Assembly: GCA_963722655.1 (NCBI GenBank)
Contig: CAVRNT010000001.1
Span: 17,447 to 81,446 of the forward strand
Direction of reading: 5' to 3'
Length of the DNA: 64,000 bases
Origin: an uncultured bacterium
GTDB taxonomy: Bacteria > Patescibacteriota > Minisyncoccia > UBA6257 > GWB1-50-10
Of this stretch, positions 58,762-64,000 are shown in pieces (position 1 is the first letter of the stretch; each line of letters begins with the position of its first letter). The notes under the pieces are model-generated. The model was not told the origin of the DNA. It saw nothing but the letters and a program-made list of their open reading frames with translations, and ran no database searches. The translations under genes were made by a program, and so were the position numbers.

Positions 58762-61700
58762 TTATTCCGGGAATTTACCACCCGAAATATCGAAGTACTT
58801 ATCAAAGAAACGCGTCAATTTATTTAGAACACTCTCTCGTTTATGCGTACGCTCTCCGGTCGGTGAAAAACGCGATACGGGCGGAAGCACTTTTGTCAGC
58901 GCCGTTCCGGTTGAGGCGACTACGCCGTCACGGAAAGAATTACGCACAAAAGTGTATGTTGCATTACGATCAAGATTTTCCTTCGCGATAATGGTATCGA
59001 GATCCTCGATCTTTTTCTTATCCACAAATTCGTGCCAATCTTCATCGACAATTGAATGAACATCGAGTGATGAGATGAACTGATTGATCAGCTCTTTTTT
59101 ATTACGCAGCTCTACACTGGAATCAATGGCTTTATTGATGTCGATCAAAAGCTCGCGATTTTTCGTGTGACCCTCGTGATATTTTTTGATGAGCGTCAGC
59201 ACGTAATCGATATTGATTTCCACCTGCTTGATCAATTCCATTTCAAACACGACATCATCGATAATACTTTCCTTTTCCTTCTCGACGCCTTTTCGAAATT
59301 CAGCGTAGAGATCGATATACATACTGTGATAATCCTGAATATCACGCTCAGTCAAAATCTCATTGCCAGCAAATTCATCGAAAGCCATTAGAATATTACG
59401 CAACCGCAAGATCGCCCCGTATAGCTTTATAAAATCTTTTTGGTTTTGCTCCCCGACGATCTGCTCTCCGGCAGGGAATTTCTTCATGAGTTCATCCACT
59501 AAGCTCACGTATCCATAAACCTCTTTATCAACGTCTTTATAACCGTTGTAATAGTCGGCGTATGATTTCAAAAGAATGATACCGCCCGCCTCCTTATCGC
59601 CAAAGAGAGCCACTGATTCATTGGTCGCTCGTTCTAAATTGCGAAAGCAAACGATATTTCCAAAAGTTTTTACACTGTTCAGAATTCGATTTGTCCGTGA
59701 ATATGCCTGCAAGAGGCCATGCAATCGCAGATTCTTATCCACCCAGAGTGTGTTGAGCGTCGTTGCGTCAAAGCCGGTCAGAAACATATTAACGACGATC
59801 AGGATGTCGATCTCGCGATTCTTGACCCTCAAACTGACATCCTTGTAATAATTTTGGAATTTGTCGGATGAAGTGTCGTACGACGTTCCGAACATTGCAT
59901 TGTAATCCTCGATGGCCTTCTCCAAAAAATCCCTTGAGCTGGCATCGAGACCGCTGGTATCCTCCGAATTTTCATCAACAACACCGTCCGCTTCCTCTTC
60001 GTTCACTCCGAAACTGTAGATGAGTGCTACTTTGAGACGTTTATCGCTCGGGACGTCCGTAAGTTGTTTCTTAAACTCGGCATAGTATTTTTTGGCAACA
60101 TCTATAGATGCGGTAGCAAAGATCGAGTTGAATCCAGCGAGCCTTCTTTCGTTCAATTTATAGAAGCTATTGCGTTTGGTCTTCTGATCGAAATGCTCAC
60201 GGATATAACGCACGATATTAGTAAGTCGATCCGGCGCAGAAAGTACCGCTTCGCGATCGATATCGCTCACTTTCTTGTCCTCTATATTTTCCGCCTCACG
60301 CACCGTAGAAACGTAGTCAACCTTAAACGGCAGAACATTTCTATCATTGATGGCATTTACGATGGTATAGGTATGCAGTTTTTCACCAAAGGCCTGTTCG
60401 GTGGTCTTTAAATCAGGGCGCCCACCAGAAGAGGCATTTACCGCAAAGATCGGCGTGCCGGTAAATCCAAAAAGGTGATAATTTTTGAACGCCTCCGTGA
60501 TGGCATCGTGCATATCGCCAAATTGGGAACGGTGACATTCGTCGAAAATAATCACGACATGCTGGTTAAAAATAGCATGGCCGACATTCCGTTCGATGAA
60601 ACGGTCGAGTTTTTGGATGGTGGTAATAATGATTCGCGCATTCGGATTCTCGAGTTGACGCTTCAGAATGGCGGTAGAGGTATTACTGTTTGCTGCTCCT
60701 TTTTCAAATTTGTCGTATTCGCGCATCGTCTGATAATCCAAGTCCTTACGATCCACCACAAAAAGTACCTTATCAATATAGGGAAGTTTGCTCGCAAGTT
60801 GCGCCGTCTTAAAACTGGTAAGCGTTTTACCGGATCCGGTAGTGTGCCAGATATATCCTCCGGCCTCAACAGTGCCAAGCTTCTTGTAATTCGTACTGAT
60901 TTCAATGCGACTCAAGATGCGCTCAGTCGCAACGATCTGATAGGGGCGCATCACGAGCAGTTGCCAATCGGCAGTAAATACACAATATCGGGTTAGGATT
61001 TTTAAAAGGACATGCTTCGCAAAAAATGTTTTCGCAAAATCCATCAAATCCGTAATCGGCGCATTTGTCGCATCAGCCCACCAGCTCGTGAATTCAAAAC
61101 TATTGCTCGTACGCTTTCCCTTTTTTACCGCACCCTCATTCATCTCCTTAATATGCGTGTTGCGCGTGGTGTTGCTGTAATACTTGGTATGTGTGCCGTT
61201 TGAAATGACGAATATCTGGACATATTCAAAAAGACCCGATGATGCCCAAAAACTTTCCCGCTGATAACGGTTGATTTGGTTGAATGCTTCCTGAATGGCC
61301 ACGCCACGACGCTTCAGCTCGATGTGCACCAGCGGCAATCCATTTACAAGCACGGTTACATCATATCGATTAGCGCGTTGTCCTTCGTCAGTCGCATATT
61401 GGTTGATAACCTGTAAATCGTTGTCATGGATATTATCTTTCTTCAGAAGATAAATATTTTTTACCGCGCCGTCATCGCAAGTGAGATTCTTGATATAATC
61501 CTCCTGAATCGTCGCAGTTTTTTCTTCAATGCTCTGATTGGGGTTGGCGAGTTCTCCCGCAAAAAACGATTCCATTCGGCATCGCTAAAAGTGAAATCGT
61601 TTAACCTCTCCAGTTCACGGCGCAAATTCGCGATAAGGTCTTCCTCGCTCGCGATAGGCAAAAATTCGTAAGCCTGAGCCTTAAGCTCACCGATGAACGC

Positions 61701-61817
61701 GTGTTCAAGCTCCGCCTCGCTTTGATAGGTTATCGGATGTGATTTGCTCGGCATATATTTGGCCACTACCGTGCTTTCAGGATTTTCAACGATCAAATTA
61801 ATTTGATGCTCTTCCAT
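58762..61817 (-). pseudogene. hsdR: Type I restriction endonuclease subunit R, frameshifted at 61561-61566
   Basis: YQSEAELE N-terminus, YDV...NGLPL..IELK, HTTGSGKT, DECH, FTGTP and LTGFD; the two ORFs join if one T is added to a T6 run. Confidence 0.92.
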
Positions 61818-61818
61818 G

Positions 61819-63074
61819 TTAAGAGAAGGTTAAAAGTTTAGTTCGATAATATTCATACTGCGATTGACGAGCAGAAATCTCGGCGGGAAGGCCAATGGAA
61901 ATATCGGTTACGAGCACATCAAACTTGTCTAAGATAGAAACGATACGTTCCTGCTCGACAAGTGGTGGGAGAGGAATTCTATATTTTTTGACTTCAGTAT
62001 CCGATATCGCTGGGTAGTTTGTCCCTCTTTGTGCATTTTCTACATACTTAGAAAACCTCCGCAGACCTAGCTGATGGTATATATAATTTGTTAGGGTTTC
62101 AGTGCTCTTAGGGCGCAAAACACAAAATCCAGTACTACAGATTTGTCCATCATATTGATCAGTAATAATACAAAAACGTCCCAGCGTTGGTCTTGTTGTG
62201 CCAAAAATTACGTCGCCAGTTTTTACAATTTTTTGTGCTCGACTTGGCGCCGTCTCATTATCAATTTTTTGCGTGTCCGTGATCATGTGTTTTTCTCTGT
62301 CTACCGAAGACAAATCAATGTAATAGAATTGCCCTCCTATATTTTCTGACCATTTTATTGTTTAGTTATTTCACAAATTTCACTAAGCGGAGCCCACCGT
62401 ACCCCCCCCTCTTCGTCAAACGTTAAAAGCTCCGAGCGGTAATACTCGTATTGCTTCTTTCTTGCTTCTAGCTCTGCTTCTAGCTCTGCTTCTAGCTCTG
62501 CTTCTAGCTCTGTAAAATTATCTAAAATATTTATAATCTCTTTTTGGATGTCAAGCGGCGGGAGAGGGATTTTTATTTTTGCAAACCGCTTTTTTGAAAC
62601 GTTGAAACGCGTAACTCCACTCGCAGTTTTTGCAATTTGCTTTCTCATTTGTTCATCCCTAAATAAATATTTTGAGAACTCCGGTAAAAGTAGGGTTTTG
62701 TCGTTCAAGCGAAAGCCAAAACAAAAACTGTTGAGATATAACGACCCATCGACTTTCTTTGTTAAGACAGAAGACATGCCACATTCATTCGGTGTTTCAG
62801 ACGAACCAGTAAACAACACATCGCCGTACTCGATTTTGTTTTGTGATTCACCCTTACCTACCCTGACAAAGTCTTTAATATCGGTTTTTACAGCAATATT
62901 AGAAAACACATTCATGTAGGTAACAAATTTGGCGTTACCATCGTGAAAATCATCTTTACTCTTTCCAGTTAATCCACCATAAAACTCACCTAATTCACCT
63001 AGTGTCCTAAACTCCACTCCGTCCGGGCAGAGCTCCGCGATCAGTTTTTCAATTTTGCTTTGGCGTTTTGTCAT
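61819..63074 (-). pseudogene. hsdS: Type I (IC-like) specificity subunit S, frameshifted near 62361
   Basis: Two TRDs, PLPPL..Q..I..ILD.F repeats and QYEYYR..LLTF; the ORFs join if one A is added in ACTAAACAATAAAATGG. Confidence 0.9.
62464..62512 (-). repeat. 12-bp tandem repeat (about 4 copies, LEAE) in the hsdS central conserved region
   Basis: (tctagctctgct)x3 plus partial copies; protein ELEAELEAELEAELEAR. Confidence 0.9.
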
Positions 63075-64000
63075 TTTGTTCCTTCTATATCTGCCACGAT
63101 ATCATCGATTGCACTGCGAAGTTTTTGTTGTCGCTCAACGATGCTGGCTATCTCCGCGTTGAGCGTCACGATGTCCACTACCTCGCGCGTGTCTTCCGCC
63201 ACCACATAGCTTGATACAGCGATGTTATAATCGTTTTCTGCGATAGCTTTGTTATTCACGAGCTTCGCAAAATATTTCATATCCTTCCGCGCGATGAATG
63301 CATTCAATATTTTCGTGCGATTCGCTTCCGTAAGCTTGTTTTTATTTCCAGCATGCAAAAATTCGGCCGAGGCGTCTATAAAAAGTGTCTTGTTATCCTT
63401 CTTACTTTTCTTCAGCACAATGATACAGGTGGCGATGGTAGTGCCAAAAAATAGGTCGTGCGGAAGTTGGATGACGGCATCGATATAGTTGTTGTCGACG
63501 AGATACTTGCGAATCTTCTGCTCTGCCCCGTTGCGGTAAAGCACGCCGGGGAATTCAACAATTGCTGCCGTGCCATTAGTGGCAAGCCACGAGAGCATGT
63601 GCATCGTGAATGCGAGGTCAGCCTTACTCTTTGGCGCAAGAATACCCGCCGGAGAAAAACGCGGATCATTAATAAGGAGCGGATTGCTGTCGCCCTCCCA
63701 ATGAATAGAATATGGCGGATTGGACACAATGGCCTCGAACGGTTCATCATCCCAATGCTTTGGGTCGATGAGTGTATCGCCGTGCTCGATATCGAACTTG
63801 CTGTAATTTATATCGTGCAAAAACATATTGATGCGGCAAAGGTTGTAGGTGGTGAGGTTGATTTCCTGCCCAAAGAAACCAATCCGCACATTTTCTTTAC
63901 CGAGGATCTTTGCGAATTTAAGGAGAAGCGAGCCAGAGCCACACGCCGGATCATACACCTTATTCACCTCCTTCTTCCCAACGATAGCGATCCGCGCCAA
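63071..64000 (-). CDS. hsdM: Type I R-M methyltransferase subunit M (5' part outside window)
   Basis: VYDPACGSGSLL, GQEIN, VSNPPY and LP..LF..T.I. Confidence 0.95.
   Translation of the reverse strand: MARIAIVGKKEVNKVYDPACGSGSLLLKFAKILGKENVRIGFFGQEINLTTYNLCRINMFLHDINYSKFDIEHGDTLIDPKHWDDEPFEAIVSNPPYSIHWEGDSNPLLINDPRFSPAGILAPKSKADLAFTMHMLSWLATNGTAAIVEFPGVLYRNGAEQKIRKYLVDNNYIDAVIQLPHDLFFGTTIATCIIVLKKSKKDNKTLFIDASAEFLHAGNKNKLTEANRTKILNAFIARKDMKYFAKLVNNKAIAENDYNIAVSSYVVAEDTREVVDIVTLNAEIASIVERQQKLRSAIDDIVADIEGTK

Larger units (their letters stand above)
47600..64000. mobile_element. Integrative genomic island (right end outside window)
   Basis: att-like tRNA fragment, lower GC, serine recombinase, terminase, methylases, repressor/antirepressor and a type I R-M system. 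Confidence 0.85.

Overview
This window looks like chromosome from a small-genome bacterium of the Patescibacteria/CPR (Parcubacteria-like). That call is inferred from the gene set, the ATST-rich secreted proteins, IleRS2, RNase Y/RNase J and the near absence of Shine-Dalgarno motifs. Bases 1-9.4 kb hold a surface-glycosylation cluster (FkbM methyltransferase, GT9, AsnB, O-antigen-ligase-like protein) next to a 1.1-kaa S-layer-like protein with a long structured leader. Bases 9.4-47.55 kb are GC-rich core genes: clpB, htrA, iscS, znuCB, gpmI, rny, HU, an ECF sigma module, secG, rnj, trpS, ileS, argS, smpB-ssrA, infC-rpmI-rplT, polX and a membrane-anchored Clp ATPase, plus six tRNAs. At 47600 a tRNA 3'-end remnant (att-like) marks the start of a more AT-rich island that runs off the window. 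The island holds an ImmA/XRE switch, a Cas2/VapD-like + DUF4417-like operon, two DNA methyltransferases, TerS/TerL with no portal or capsid gene, a large serine recombinase, a NucS-like/DUF5655-like gene behind a structured RNA, a membrane-anchored caspase/CHAT-like protein and a type IC R-M system. Four island genes are broken by small frameshifts. All calls come from reading motifs by eye; no database searches were run.
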